55,247 nt of DNA from assembly GCA_000934665.2 (NCBI GenBank), contig KZ538662.1, forward strand, positions 1 through 55,247, written 5' to 3'. This document shows, one piece after another, positions 12,813-25,261 of this stretch. The DNA comes from Catajapyx aquilonaris (lineage: Eukaryota). Within the stretch, counting starts at the first letter, position 1; the number at the start of each line of letters is the position of its first letter. The notes beneath the pieces were generated by a model. It made no database searches, was not told where the DNA came from, and saw only the letters and a program-made list of their open reading frames with translations. A program made the position numbers and the translations under genes.

Positions 12813-13540
12813 AGCTACTCTTTCATATCGGGAGATCACGCACTCTTACCTACTTTCCTATACGTATACAGGGTGTAAATCCTAAGCGTGTCACCAAAAA
12901 AGGTTGAGGGTGCAGGTATGAGCATTTTTGCATAAGGAACTAGGGGTCGGAAACGCACCCTCACCGAGTTACGCCCCTTTCAAGTTTGCGGCAGGCAGTG
13001 TGCAAGAGGCACGCGGCACGCGGCGGATGAGTGAGTGAGGGGGGCTTGGCAGGTGCGTTTCCGACCCCTAGTTCCTTATGCAAAAATGCTCACACCTGCA
13101 CCCTCTACCACCACCTTTTCTGGTGACGCGCTTAGGATTTACACCCTGTATATGCGTGGATCCGCTGAAAGATAGGCGTGGATTCGCTGAAGAATAGGTG
13201 TGTATATGCTGGAAAATGGGTATATCCGCTGACGGGCAGGGATGTATCCGCTGAATGATAAGCGTGCATCCACCTGGAAGTCGGAAGGACTTTCATATCG
13301 GCTGACCTGATTTGGGAGGGGTAGGGGTACGCTGTGTCAACATAACCCATGACCTAACTTTCCTTCCAGGAGGATACAGACTTTTCAGCGCATACGTGCC
13401 TATATTTTCACCGTATATACATGCCTATTTTCAGCAGACCCCGTACAGCCGGTACAGGCCTATCTATCATCAGATACAAGCCTATCTAGGAAAGTATAGG
13501 TAAAAGTGCTGCGTCAGCCGATATGAAAGTTTAGCTGTTA
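12813..13540. mobile_element. Older foldback element containing a nested MITE
   Basis: ctttcatatcgg...cactcttacctactttccta (12820-12860) is inverted at taggaaagtataggtaaaagtg...ccgatatgaaag (13487-13530). Confidence 0.55.
12869..13148. mobile_element. Tc1/mariner-type MITE
   Basis: TA|cagggtgtaaatcctaagcg...cgcttaggatttacaccctg|TA, with ~90-bp imperfect TIRs. Confidence 0.85.
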
Positions 13541-13834
13541 GGTCATGGGTGGGTTGGTACAGCATGCCCCTACTATACCCCTGCCACATTCGGTCTCCCA
13601 ATAAGTTTTTCCATATATTTGCTTAAAACTAACCCACCATGCTTAAAACTGGATCTATGGGCCATTACATGGTAATTGAAAACAATGAGCCGAAGGTTTT
13701 CATTACCGTACCTCATCTGAGGTGGTCCATCATGCCTCAGTTAGAGTGGAATTTATGCCTCTATTATATTTAGTACGGTAGTTTATAGTTTGAGAGAAGA
13801 AAACATTGCCACATTCGGTCTCCCGATAGTCCCC

Positions 13835-13908
13835 ACATCGGGTGTCCGCGACTTCTGCACGGATAGACTTGAAAGTCTATCCGTGCAGAAGTCGCGGACA
13901 CCCGATGT
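13835..13908. repeat. Perfect 36-bp-arm palindrome
   Basis: acatcgggtgtccgcgacttctgcacggatagactt-ga-aagtctatccgtgcagaagtcgcggacacccgatgt. Confidence 0.95.
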
Positions 13909-15250
13909 CGCAATGATCCGGCTTGGGCTTGCCAGCCTGATCTGGTCTTGTTTGATGACATAGTGAGAACAACGACAAATCTTCTCATATTCAGACCCAT
14001 CTTTGATGTCATTTCCCTGTCCACAAAGCAATTAGCACAATTATACTAATCCTGAAAATAAGCAGATTAGTCTACTTTGTCGCTTATCCTTCAGACACCA
14101 GGTCAGAATAAGTCCTATCTATAGAAAATGCTGTTATACAAATTAGTTTTAGGCGATTGAATAGCTTCATTTCCCATCCGCTTGAGGCGTCCACATCGCG
14201 GGAGTGGAACACATGCGACAAGCGGCCGAAACTTGCATTATGAAATAATAGTTTTCGGTCGCTATCTCACTTATATCCGGTCGTAACGACAATGGATTGT
14301 CGGATGGGTGGGGGTATGGCATTTTCCTAGAGAGACGCCTTGTGACGTCCCAAGCCTGCACCCATCAAACCCCCTGGAGGAACGAGGGAGGACCCGAAAC
14401 CCGCCTGGGTATGGGGGGACAATGGGACGTCGATAATGAGGCTTCGAAGTGAGGCAAACAAGAGGACGCAACTTTTGTTCGCTCGGCTTCCCTATCTTGG
14501 GCAATATGGGTAGATTTGAGACAACAAAGTGTGCTGGGAACTGAAAGGGGAACCTGGGAGGCACAGGGAATTAGAGGCATGCGGATGATTAGCCTCCATG
14601 TTTTGCCAGAAGGTTCATTTTTTTGTTGGAATGTGTGCTAATTAGTAGAGTGCGGATTTTTTAACATTATTCAAAAAAAGCACTTTATATACCGAGTGAA
14701 GGGCAAATCGCCAGGTAGACTTATAGTACTCTTAAAACTAATATAGGAATGTGCAATTAGTTTCGAGCGCCGTTGCATAGTTAATGCGTACGGCGCCGTC
14801 AAAGTTTCGTGACGTCACATCCGTTCCGCCAGTTGTAAAGCAGCAAAAGAGGGGCGTGCTGCTTCACGTTATTATTTTTATAATGTTTTTATTTATCTAT
14901 AATTTACATTTACTTATCATCAATTCTGTCCAATAGCAGTAGTTAAAGAGTCATGATGATCATCAGTGGGCGTGGTGATCATCTGTGGGCGTGGTCAGTT
15001 TTGAATCAACCCGCCCTTCTTGTCACCCGATGGTATCGCTCCAGTAGTTCGCCTCAGGATCGTCTGGGTTTCCCTGAAGAAGAGTGGTCTCCTCAGATGC
15101 GGATGATCTCCCCTGGGCTGGGCTGACCTCTCTCTGGGTAGATGGAGACATGCTTGAAGAGCCAGCTGGTAAGGGACACAAGGTTTGTTGTCGTGCGGCC
15201 ACCACACGAGTTATTCCAAATGCTAATGTGGTTTTGTATTTTCAGTCGCC

Positions 15251-15520
15251 ATGTCCCAGGTTGAGGTGAAAGAGGAGTCAATGATAAGCATTGAGGAGGA
15301 CTGGAATGGCCATGGTGTGACGGCAGAGCAGGTGAAATGTGATGAGACGGAGATTGTGGCAACTGCTCTAATCGCATGCGATCCTGGGAGTGACCCTCTT
15401 CATGTCACCAATACGTCGGAGAAGCCATACGTTTGTCAGCTTTGTTCAAAAGGGTTTGCTTTGAAACGGTCGCTGAAGAGGCATGGGATTAAGCAGCACT
15501 CAGAAAATGCCTTCAGGTGA
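15251..15520 (+). CDS. Short acidic protein/exon with one C2H2 zinc finger
   Basis: Acceptor ttttcag then gccATG. Translation contains TSEKPYVCQLCSKGFALKRSLKRHGIKQH (linker + C-x2-C-x12-H-x4-H). An upstream exon donor (ctg|gtaagg, ~15167) is present, and the exon may splice onward at ttcag|gtga. Confidence 0.6.
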   Translation: MSQVEVKEESMISIEEDWNGHGVTAEQVKCDETEIVATALIACDPGSDPLHVTNTSEKPYVCQLCSKGFALKRSLKRHGIKQHSENAFR

Positions 15521-16300
15521 ATTTTTTATGTCAAGTCATAGCAGGTCAAAAATGGTCAGGAGTTGTTTAGTTTGATCCAAGCTACCTTTTGGCGAGGCAC
15601 AGTCTTGTGCCTTGGACCCGAGGGGTTATTCACTAAGGGTAGTCCGTGTACACCTTCTTGGGTAGTCCGAATGGTCGGATGGCATGGGTCCGAAAGGCAG
15701 TCGAAGCGACATCTAGGAGATGTTGACTTTTGACATCAACAAGGGCAACATCAATGATCCTGACAAGTATGATGGATGGGTACAGTGCCGAGCATAAAGT
15801 TGGAGAAGCTGCGGGCCTTCTCTGACCTTTCTTTATCCAACTCAAATTAATTGACTCTTTTTGGACAGAGTTAGCTGCTTTAGGTGTATGTTCGTGTATT
15901 TGTAACCGTATATTTGATACCGTAATGGCGGGGATTGGCAGAGCACCCTGCCGACGGGGAGTACCTGCCATCTCCAACTTTATGCTCGGGACTGTACATG
16001 CCTGCAGCACTGGTTGCCGGGGGTCAATCTACCAGACCGTTGCTCAACCTCCTGACCCCGGCAACCAGCGATGCAGTCATTACGGGGTGTCCATACTTGT
16101 TAGCATAGTCATCGTCAGGGTCGTTGCTGGGCTTTCAGGCCCATACCATGCTTCTTCCATATGCACCGCCTACCACCCACATCATTTTAGCAGACGAATT
16201 CGCAAACATCCTGTATACCGTATGTCGGTGATGCAAGTACCTTAGCCACCTGCGCATACCATTTTTAGTGATCCTGCCTTTTTTCTTGGTGTGGGCAAGG

Positions 16301-17386
16301 ATGGCTGTCGTGGTGAAGCGGAAGAGGGACAAGATATGGCAGAGGGAGGAGAAGGCTGACCTGCTTGCAGCCATAGTAGAGTACCGCAATGTCATTGAGT
16401 GCAAGTCCCTGGGCCTCAATGGCTTAGTTATGAAGAAGGAGGAGGCGTGGCGGAATGTCATGGGATTGTGGACTGCCAGGAGTGGAGGGGGCCGTACGAT
16501 GAAGCAGCTGAAGAAGCAGTGGCGGAGTATGAAGGCTGCTGCCAAAAAGAACATAACAACCTACAAGAAGGGGGCCTGTGGTCCAGACGGGGAGCCCCCA
16601 GAGAAGCCCTCCCCCGTAGACTGGGCTGTCTACAAGGCTATGCCTCACTTATTTGTCACCAATGGCCAGAATGTGAGGTGAGTCTCAATATGACAATTGA
16701 CAAAATTCAAGTAGGCTGGATTAGCACATCACTTTGCTTCAACAGTCATGTATGTGATGAAGAGGGGAGGAAACATAAGGAGGCAACGAAGGAAGCTGGG
16801 GCGAGAAACAAAGAAGCAGAAGCAGAGAAGGAAACAGAGGACGCCCTGTTGCTGGGGGAGGTACCCATGGAAAGCAGGTAGTTTCTCTCGATAATAATTA
16901 CAAAAAGGAGGCTTAATTGAACTGATAGGATTTATATAACTCATCTATTTCACCGAACAAGCTTGCATGATTAATTTAATGCCGTTCATGTACGTTTTCA
17001 TGAGGTTAACTGTTCACAATCGATATCAATATAGCAATGGCTTGAAACTTCTGTCCTTGGTAAACGATTAGACCCTCCTTTGTATTGTGCATGTTAGTAT
17101 TTCATTATCAATGTGTGATGACGAGAGTTGTTATTTCATCAGAATGCTTGGAATCCCATCACCACCTCCTGCAAATGCTCGACCAGCAGGGTCTGGGAGG
17201 AAGTTGTTAACACCCTATGAAGAAGCTAGCCTCACAGTAGCCAGAGAGAAGGGAGCCCTGGCCATGAGCATCATGCGGGAGGAGCACAAGATGAACAGGG
17301 AAAAGCATGCGCTGGAAGTAAAACTGCTGGAGGCACAGTATAACTACTGGGTGGCAAAAAAATGTAAAGAATGTCCACCTTGCTGA
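16301..17386 (+). CDS. Myb/SANT-like (trihelix, MSANTD/Harbinger-ORF2-type) DNA-binding protein, 2 exons (16301-16677, 17143-17386), ~206 aa
   Basis: W-x3-EK...LL...VIECK...KKEEAW...RTMKQLKKQWRSMK motif. The phase-2 intron (AG|gtgagt...ttcatcag|A) joins in frame to a C-terminal coiled-coil-like segment (MREEHKMNREKHALEVKLLEAQ). Confidence 0.75.
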
Positions 17387-17568
17387 ACAAAGAAAAAGCA
17401 TGACGTTGACATAAAAATGCTGGAGGCTCAGTACAACTACTGGGTGGCAAACATTTTTGGTACAAATATGTACCTTGCTGAACATGATAAAGAATGAGCT
17501 AGAGATGATTATTTTGCTGGAGGCTCACTGCCACCGAGTGGCAAAATAATAAAAGGATGCCCACTTGA
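17294..17568 (+). repeat. Three diverging ~92-bp tandem copies of the Myb gene's 3' coding end
   Basis: gaaca...gaaaagcatg...tgctggaggc(a/t)cagta.aactactgggtggcaaa...ccttgctga is repeated at ~17294, ~17386 and ~17480. Confidence 0.8.
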
Positions 17569-18522
17569 TCTTGTGTGTTTGCTGTGCTGCGCATCTAAGA
17601 TGCCCATCACTTTGTATTGTTCATACTCCATTGCTGCATTTGTTCACAACGCATTAGTTTTAGCCAGTATCTACGCAAGTGTTTCCGTTGTTAGAGACCT
17701 CTTGTAGGTTGAGACGAACTCTATATCGCTTCTTACCCCCTCCGGCATCCTCTGTCCTCAGAAGAGGACTTGGACAAATCTGATCTGGCATGCGCAGTTG
17801 CCTTCTCTGGCAAGAGAAACTCTTGCGTGGATACCAGGCTTGAGGTTGAATTTCCTCCTTCCCTGTGAGTGGGATACTATCACTGCGTAGTTCCTCCCTG
17901 TGATCGTAACCAACTGATGTGAGAACCAACGGATCTGGAGCCTTGGAAGCTGCTTCGGAGTCGTTGCCCTCCCAGGGCCTGCGGCCTGCCTCCCGGACCC
18001 GGCTGTGCACTCTCAACGTGCTCTCATCAATGATGTCATCAGTGCCGTCATCGTGGCCTCAGATTGGTTGGCCAACAATACCTGTAGAGCAAGTGCTGCC
18101 TTCACTTCCGCAGTATTGCTTGCCATCATAATAAGGGGGCCTGGTGAGTGTGTTTTCCTAATTAAGAATGAGAGAAAGTTGTTCAACTTTTTAATTTATA
18201 TCAGAGAGACTTCTGTAAGTTGTAATAACTAAATTATTTTTTGGTATTGTGCAGCGGCAGTTGGGATGTGTCCTGCAGACTGATCCAGCTGACATGAAAC
18301 ATGGAACAAGGAATGCATGCGGCATGGGAGTTATCGTGACAACCTCTGACACAGGCAGGAAGATGTCTATGGAAGGAGAAGATGGAAGGTCAGAAAGAGG
18401 TGTTACTGGTCCTTGGTCACCAGTGCTATGACAATATATCATGTTAATGTACCGGTATCTCGCAGTATCTGATAAATTGTAATTATTTATTCCAAATGAC
18501 ACTTATGATGTGTAATTTTAGG

Positions 18523-19003
18523 TGCTGCATCTCAGGGTGAAGGGATGGAGGAAGTGCATGAGGAAATGATCAGCATTAAGGAGGAGTGGCAAGAGGATTT
18601 AGAAGAAGAGAATGTGTCACCAATGGAAGGAGAAGTCAACCTGAAGAGGAGGAGATCCTGGCACCCACCCAAGATGCTTCTGAGCCTGGTACTGACCCAC
18701 TCAGAAACGATGTGTGAGGTAAAGCTGCTTCACAAACTCTGTGATGCGAGAGCACGGCATATGGACCTCCTGCTCATTGCACACAGAAGGTCCATCCAGT
18801 TGGACGCCAGTGTTCGGCCATCACACGCAGCATTTGTAAAGAGCCCTTCACAAATTTTGTGTGCTCCACACACCCCGCTCTCAAATCACCGAGTTTGTGA
18901 AACTGCCTTTAGAAGTGTTCAAGAGGGTTTATCTCTGGGAAGTCATGACTCCTACGTGATCAGGGAATTCAATAATTCTGCTTGTGTGGATAGGCCTTAT
19001 TGA
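18523..19003 (+). pseudogene. Decayed paralog of the 15251 acidic/zinc-finger exon
   Basis: EEMISIKEEW matches EESMISIEEDW. Acceptor ttttag at 18522. Downstream finger-like remnants (SICKEPF, CSRGF) lie in shifted frames. Confidence 0.4.
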
Positions 19004-20676
19004 GCAAAGGGAGAAAGCGCAATACCCAAAGGTTTGTGAGATAAATGCAGCTTCAAAATTGTTTTGGTGAGTTGGTCAGCAAAGGCCGCATGGCTCGGAT
19101 ACAGCGTGACCGACTTAGGGATTGGCGGTTCAAGTCTTGGTGGGAAACTTCTTTTTTCTTCCACTTTTCAAAACAGAATGCAGTCCTTACATAAATGATC
19201 TGTAAATCACATGTGATTGCAAATTTTTCTTATTTACGAGGCAATTTTGCATTGACCATTTTCACATGCGATGTGTTTGCACCCAATGTGACGGGTCCCC
19301 AGACTGTTGACTCCAGCGGAGAGGCAAATGCAGGTGGAGGTCTTGTGGCCTCACATGGTGACCAGTACAGGCTGTTCACAATCGTAGCATGTCGTACACC
19401 TCTGCGGTGTTTTATTCAAACGGAAGCAAAACCTCAACACTGAATATTGGTCCTCTTGGCAGTTCAGAGACGAATGTGAACCTAGCTCTACTTCCCATGT
19501 CACCATCGCCTGAAATGGCAGAATATTTGATTACTTCAATCCATTCGACTTGACACGATGCCATTCTCTTTGTCACATGAAAAATAAGTCTCAATTTGTT
19601 TTGACCTATTTTACTCTCCTGTAACATTTCTAAAATGGTTTATTTGCCTTTTCTCATTACTGACAATATGAATGCCTCCTAGGCATTAGTCAGACACCGC
19701 AGGCACCACATAGAAAATATATTGCCTTGCAAAATAAGTATTGTTCGGAAATTGGCGAAGTTTAAAAGACGAGTTATAACCACTGGGCGATATGAAAAAA
19801 AAAACTATTTGCCACCACTTACGTGTGAATGATTAGTGTGAATTTTTTCTGCCTATGCAGCAACTAACTACAAGTAGCCTACATGAACTGCTTCAACTCG
19901 GTACCTGGCATTTTTCTGCAGATATCCATAAAATTGGACATTGCCAAAGTGTGCAAAACAATATTCATCTCAGGAGGTGCTATTTGAAAAAATAAATTGT
20001 AATTAGCTCGTAAAATAATATTATTATTTTTTGTTCAGCATCAGTTGTTCATGACTCTTGTCTACTATGTTGCACAAAAAGATGGAGGCCATTTTTTATT
20101 GAAACTGAATGCAAAATCTATCTGTTCTCTTCCTCAGATGCAGGGCAGAGCTCCTGTTCACATAAACCGCCTGGAGGAGGAGCAAGAAATGCAGAGAAGA
20201 ATGCTCGAAGGAATATTGCAGCACCATCATCACCGTCATACCTAGCAGAATCTACATCTATGTGCGATTATGCAGATTAACTTTTTTTCATATAATGCGT
20301 GATGTGCCCATATCTGTGGATCGGAAAAAACAAAAACAAGCTTGCTAATCAAGAACCTTAATAATTATCCCTCAATAAATTCTTCCTTGTTGAGATTCCA
20401 GGTCAATTACGAGTAATTACGATGTGCAGAGGGAGGTTGGTCAGGTCTTCAGGTAGGCAAGAACAATATCATTATTATTGAGGAAATTTATAATCAAAAA
20501 AGGCTTCAATTTTATAGCGCATGTGATTGTCTCTAAACATTAAAATACCGTTACTCAAGTATTCATTCGAGTTAAGAAGTGACTCAAATACTTGGAACAC
20601 CCTGTATACACAGTACCGTACATCATGTAGGCTCTACTTACCTACCTAAAACACACATAGAAAGTGAAAAATTGTA

Positions 20677-20930
20677 GGGGTATGGTGGTCTAGTGGTTAT
20701 GCTACTGGCCAGCCAAGAGGGAGGTCCGAGGTTCAAATCCCGTCCCCGTCACCTTCGCTTGGTAGGGTCCTTTTCTGCTTTTCACCCGACATGTCCGGGC
20801 AGATTCGCACTACCTTCTCTGCCCAGGGCCAGGACAAGAGGTATGGTATTTAAGAGGGTCAGAAATGACTATTTGAGCGCCCTCCCTTGGGAACCATCCC
20901 TTCCCCCGCCCTATCACGGGGTATTAAAAA
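20677..20930 (+). mobile_element. tRNA-derived SINE (family also at 5879)
   Basis: A box tggtggtctagtgg, B box ggttcaaatccc, a body homologous to 5879-6105, and an A-rich tail. Confidence 0.75.
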
Positions 20931-21378
20931 CAGACAAACAAAACACTAAACTCTAAAAATTGGCTCCACGGGACAAAATGTTTGGGAACCAGTGGTCTAG
21001 CCTATTTACAGACACAGTTCACAGAGAAATAAATGTGAGATGACGTCAACAAGAAAGTCACAGCGAGAAAAAAATGACGCTGTTTCGAGATTTGATCCAC
21101 CTACCTTCAGGTCGCTTTAGGTTATGAAGACATTGGCTTAGCTACTATACCAGCTCTCTCTCACGTGTACTTATTGTAAAGAAAGGGCGTCACATTGGAA
21201 GGATCACCTGTGTCAACTAGTGGCCACAAGTAATCATTTGTACACTACTTCAGTTGTTGTCTAATGAATAGATAAGAGATAAGCATGTGCGCACCAGCCA
21301 CTTCGGAGTCACGTTGGGTACATTGTGCATGGGCATCAGTCCAAAGTGATACTGCGTCGTACCCATAGTTATTCGACC

Positions 21379-24300
21379 ATGCCAGGAGGTACTAATATTG
21401 TCAGGTAAATAACTACCAGACTTAAAACTGATTTCACCATAGATCGAGTGGTACCATCAGACTCCCTGTGGACATGTTCCAAGGACGGTGCAGTTTGTCT
21501 TCGACCAGACGACGAAGACACCCAACCCATATCTGTCCCCACCCTTCTGACCCAGACAGCTACCAAGTATCCGGACAGAGTGTCCATAGCAGTCAAACGA
21601 GATGGTGATTGGGTCAAGTGGACTTATGCCCAGTACCTACAGGATGTGAGGACATGCGCCAAGGCCTTTGTCCATTTGGGACTGGACAGATTTGGGACAG
21701 TGGCCATCTTGGGAGGAAATTCGCCGGAATGGTTGATCGGACACTTGGCCGCCATATTTGCAGGGTCAGTCTTGGACTGTCCAGGTTGCAAAATAGGTCT
21801 GAACACCTTCAATGTGTTTCAGAGGGATTGGGTATGGGATATACCCAGCAAATTCGTCCGAGGCTTGCGTCCACTGTCTGGACACCAGCGATACCAGTAT
21901 TGTCCTTGTCCAGAACGAAAAGTTGTTGGACAAAATTCTGCCAATGAGAGAAAAGCTGAAGGCCATAGTTCAGTACAATGGGATACCTGAAGCAAACGAC
22001 GTGTATAGCGTAAGTCACTCATTGTTAGTGTATACACTCTTAACCATTTACCTTCTCTAGAGAGGGTAAGAAAGAGGCCCTTTTTTACCCTCTATTTTCT
22101 AAGGTAATACATGCAAAATTTACCTTAGAATCAATTTACCCAAGAATATTTACCCTACAATGTAAGGTAAGAAATTTTTTTTCCCTTACATTGTAGGGTA
22201 AATTAATGGCCACTTTCTTACCCTCTCTTTCTTACCCTCTCTAGAGAAGGTAAATGGTTAAGAGTGTAGTGACTGCAACAATCACCGTTACTCTTACAGT
22301 GGTCACAGCTCATGGAATTGGGAAGAAACCAACCGGACACTTTAGTTGATACACGTCTGAATGACCTTTCGGTCAACCAGTGCTGCTCCTTAATTTTCAC
22401 TGTAAGTTAACAACAATGCAGTCAATTTTTGCAATAATCACATTTAGTCAGGAACTACAGGGATGCCCAAGCCCGTCATGCTCAGTCACGATAATGTAAC
22501 CTGGACAGTCCGACGTTTTGTCCAGTTTTGTCAAGTTCCAACGGATGAAGAGCATACCGCTGTCAGCTTCCTGCCGTTAAGTCACGTAGCAGCGATGGTA
22601 AGTTGGACATCCTAAAGTTGGACTGGACAGTGTCCATCTAATAAAATGTCTATAGTTTCTAGATATATTCGTGCCTATTTATCTGGGCGCCACAGTTTAC
22701 GTCGCAGGAAAGGACGTTCTTAAGGTAACAGTTATTTTTAAGAGCGCTTCTAAAATTAATAACACTAAAATTAGGGCTGTTTGGTCAACTACCTGCGAGA
22801 GGTGCGTCCCACGTTGTTCTGGGGTGTCCCACGAATATGGGAAAAAATTTACGAGGCCATGAAACAGAAAGAGGAGTCACTCTGGACTGTCCAGAAAGCA
22901 TTGTTGACCTGGGCCAAAAGTGTCGGATGGGACAACGTCCAACGAAAAATGGACGGGTACGTACTATATTGTTAAAAATATTTTTAAAATTTTAAACACA
23001 TGTCAACTTCAGAAATCTGACCCCACCATTTGGTATGGCCATTGCGGAGATGGTATTTCAAAAGGTCAAAGTTGAACTTGGCTTGGACAGAGCAAAGTTC
23101 TGTGTGACTGGAGCTGCTCCTATTTCACACGAAGTTATGAAACACTTCGCCAGTATTGGTGTGACACTTCTGGAGGTACTGTACGGCATTGTTTGCTTGA
23201 TTGATAACTAATAAAAATAACTAATATAGGGTTTTGGAATGAGCGAGTCATCCGGTCCTTGCTTCGGAACGACAGTGTCCGACTTCCGTATAGGTAAAGC
23301 TGGACGTCCCATTACGGGTGTTAAAGCCAAGATTGTTAACCCGGACAGCGATGGACACGGCGAGATATGTACTTGGGGTCGTCAGGTCTTCATGGGGTAC
23401 TTGAACGACCAAGTGTCCACAACCGAGGTGCTGGACAAGGACGGATGGCTTCACACTGGGGACGTTGGGACACTGGACAACGACGGATTCTTGACCATCA
23501 CTGGTCGCATCAAAGAGATCATCATCACTGCAGGTGGCGAGAACATACCAGCACCTTTGATCGAATTCGCCGTACTGTCCCAACTACCTTGTCTGGGTCA
23601 CGCTGTTCTGATCGGCGACAACCGAAAGTACCTGTCCGCCCTTCTGACCTTCAGTGTAAGCCACTATTTTCACAGCTATCTATTAACCATCACTGACTAA
23701 TATTTCCCCCACAAAAGACCATCACCGAATCAGACGACACCCTGACCCACGGTGCTCAAATGTGGCTGAGGTCAATTGGATCCTCTTCAACAACTGTCCG
23801 GCAGCTGATCGACGACCAAGATCCTAGGGTAAACAATACACACTTGTTAAACCCCTAACTGTTACTAATTGTTTCGCAACAGGTGACGTCAGCCATTCAG
23901 GCAGGAATCGACCGGGCCAATCAGCGAGCCATCTCCAGTGCCCAAAGAGTGCGCAAGTGGGCCATTTTGCCCAACAGTTTTTCCGTCGCTAATGGCGAAT
24001 TAAGTACGTGCTAATTACATACGGTAACTAATATAACCAATACGTGTAACTAATATAAGTCAATATTCAATAACTTAAATACTGATTACATGCGATAACT
24101 AATATAACCAATACGTGTAACTAATATAAGTCAATATTCAATAACTTAAATACTGATTACATGCGATAACTAATATAACCAATACGTGTAACTAATATAA
24201 GTCAATATTCAATAACTTAAATACTGATTGCATATGTAACTAATAGAGCTAATATGTGTAACTAATAAATACAATATCTAATATGTAACTGAAATAAAGT

Positions 24301-25261
24301 AATAGTTAATCCTGAGTTATAATCACACTTAAGTGCTAATTACATACCGTACATAAGTAACAAATATTACTTAATAAATATAACTAATATAGCTTATAAT
24401 AAGTAGGCTACAACTAATGTGACTCGTGGCTGGTAAGTTCATACGACTAATAAATATATGTAGCTACTAACTATAGCTAATACATAACTCAATAAAAACC
24501 TAACATGCAACTACTTGTACAATAGATGACCTATACATAACTAATAAATAACCAATAAATTTAATTTGTTATTAAAGCAACTGTAGCAGCTAATATAACT
24601 AATATATTGACAATTAATAAATACATGCAGCTACTAATATATAGCTAATGCATAACTTGAGAAGTAACTAATACATAACCAAGAGCTAATTGAATAAGTA
24701 GCTAATAAATAATTAATTCATCATTAATAAACATAACTGATGTAGTTATAATAGGTACATTGTAGCCTACATATGAATTTTATGATTAATGTATGCAGCT
24801 ATTAGGACATTATATAGCCAATAAATAACTTAATAAGTATAAAGCCATAACTAATAAGTAGTTAATAAATAACTTAATAAGTATAAAGCCATAACTAATA
24901 AGTAGTTAATAAATAACTTAATAAGTATAAAGCCATAACTAATAAGTAGTTAATAAATAACTTAATAAGTATAAAGCCATAAGTAATAAGTAGTTAATAA
25001 ATAACTTAATAAGTATAAAGCCATAACTAATAAGTAGTTAATAGCTAATAAGTAGTTAATAACTATAATAAGTATATAGCTAATAAGCGCTAAGAGGCAG
25101 CTAATAAATAACTTAACTATATAACTAATAAATAACTTAACAACTATATAACTAATAACTAATAGTTAATTCTTGTGCTATTTGCAGCTTCGACGTTCAA
25201 AATCCGGAGGCGCGTGATAGGCCAAAAATACGCCGAAGTCATCGACACCCTGTACACATGA
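21379..25261 (+). CDS. ACSBG: Long-chain-fatty-acid--CoA ligase, bubblegum/ACSBG family, paralog A (multi-exon)
   Basis: Spliced MPG|DRVVPSDSLWT...[18 protein letters not shown]...LPLSHVAA...GVPRIWEK...FGMSESSGP...GWLHTGDVG...[18 protein letters not shown]...GEL|TSTFKIRR...DTLYT*. The GT-AG introns checked keep frame. Confidence 0.9.
22035..22266. mobile_element. TA-flanked MITE in an intron of ACSBG-A
   Basis: TA|cactcttaaccatttaccttctctagagagggtaagaaagag...ctctttcttaccctctctagagaaggtaaatggttaagagtg|TA. Confidence 0.85.
24010..24245. repeat. 71-bp tandem repeat (~3 copies) in last intron of ACSBG-A
   Basis: aatataaccaatacgtgtaac recurs at 24030, 24101 and 24172. Confidence 0.9.
24821..25041. 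repeat. 44-bp tandem repeat (5 copies) in last intron of ACSBG-A
   Basis: ataaataacttaataagtataaagccataactaataagtagtta at 24821, 24865, 24909, 24953 and 24997. Confidence 0.92.

Noticed and set aside
17870..18130. THAP-like remnant (HCVVPPC...RLCTL...VLPSL)
   Set aside because: It contains a stop and lacks the C-x2-H-F motif, so it is too weak to call without an HMM search.
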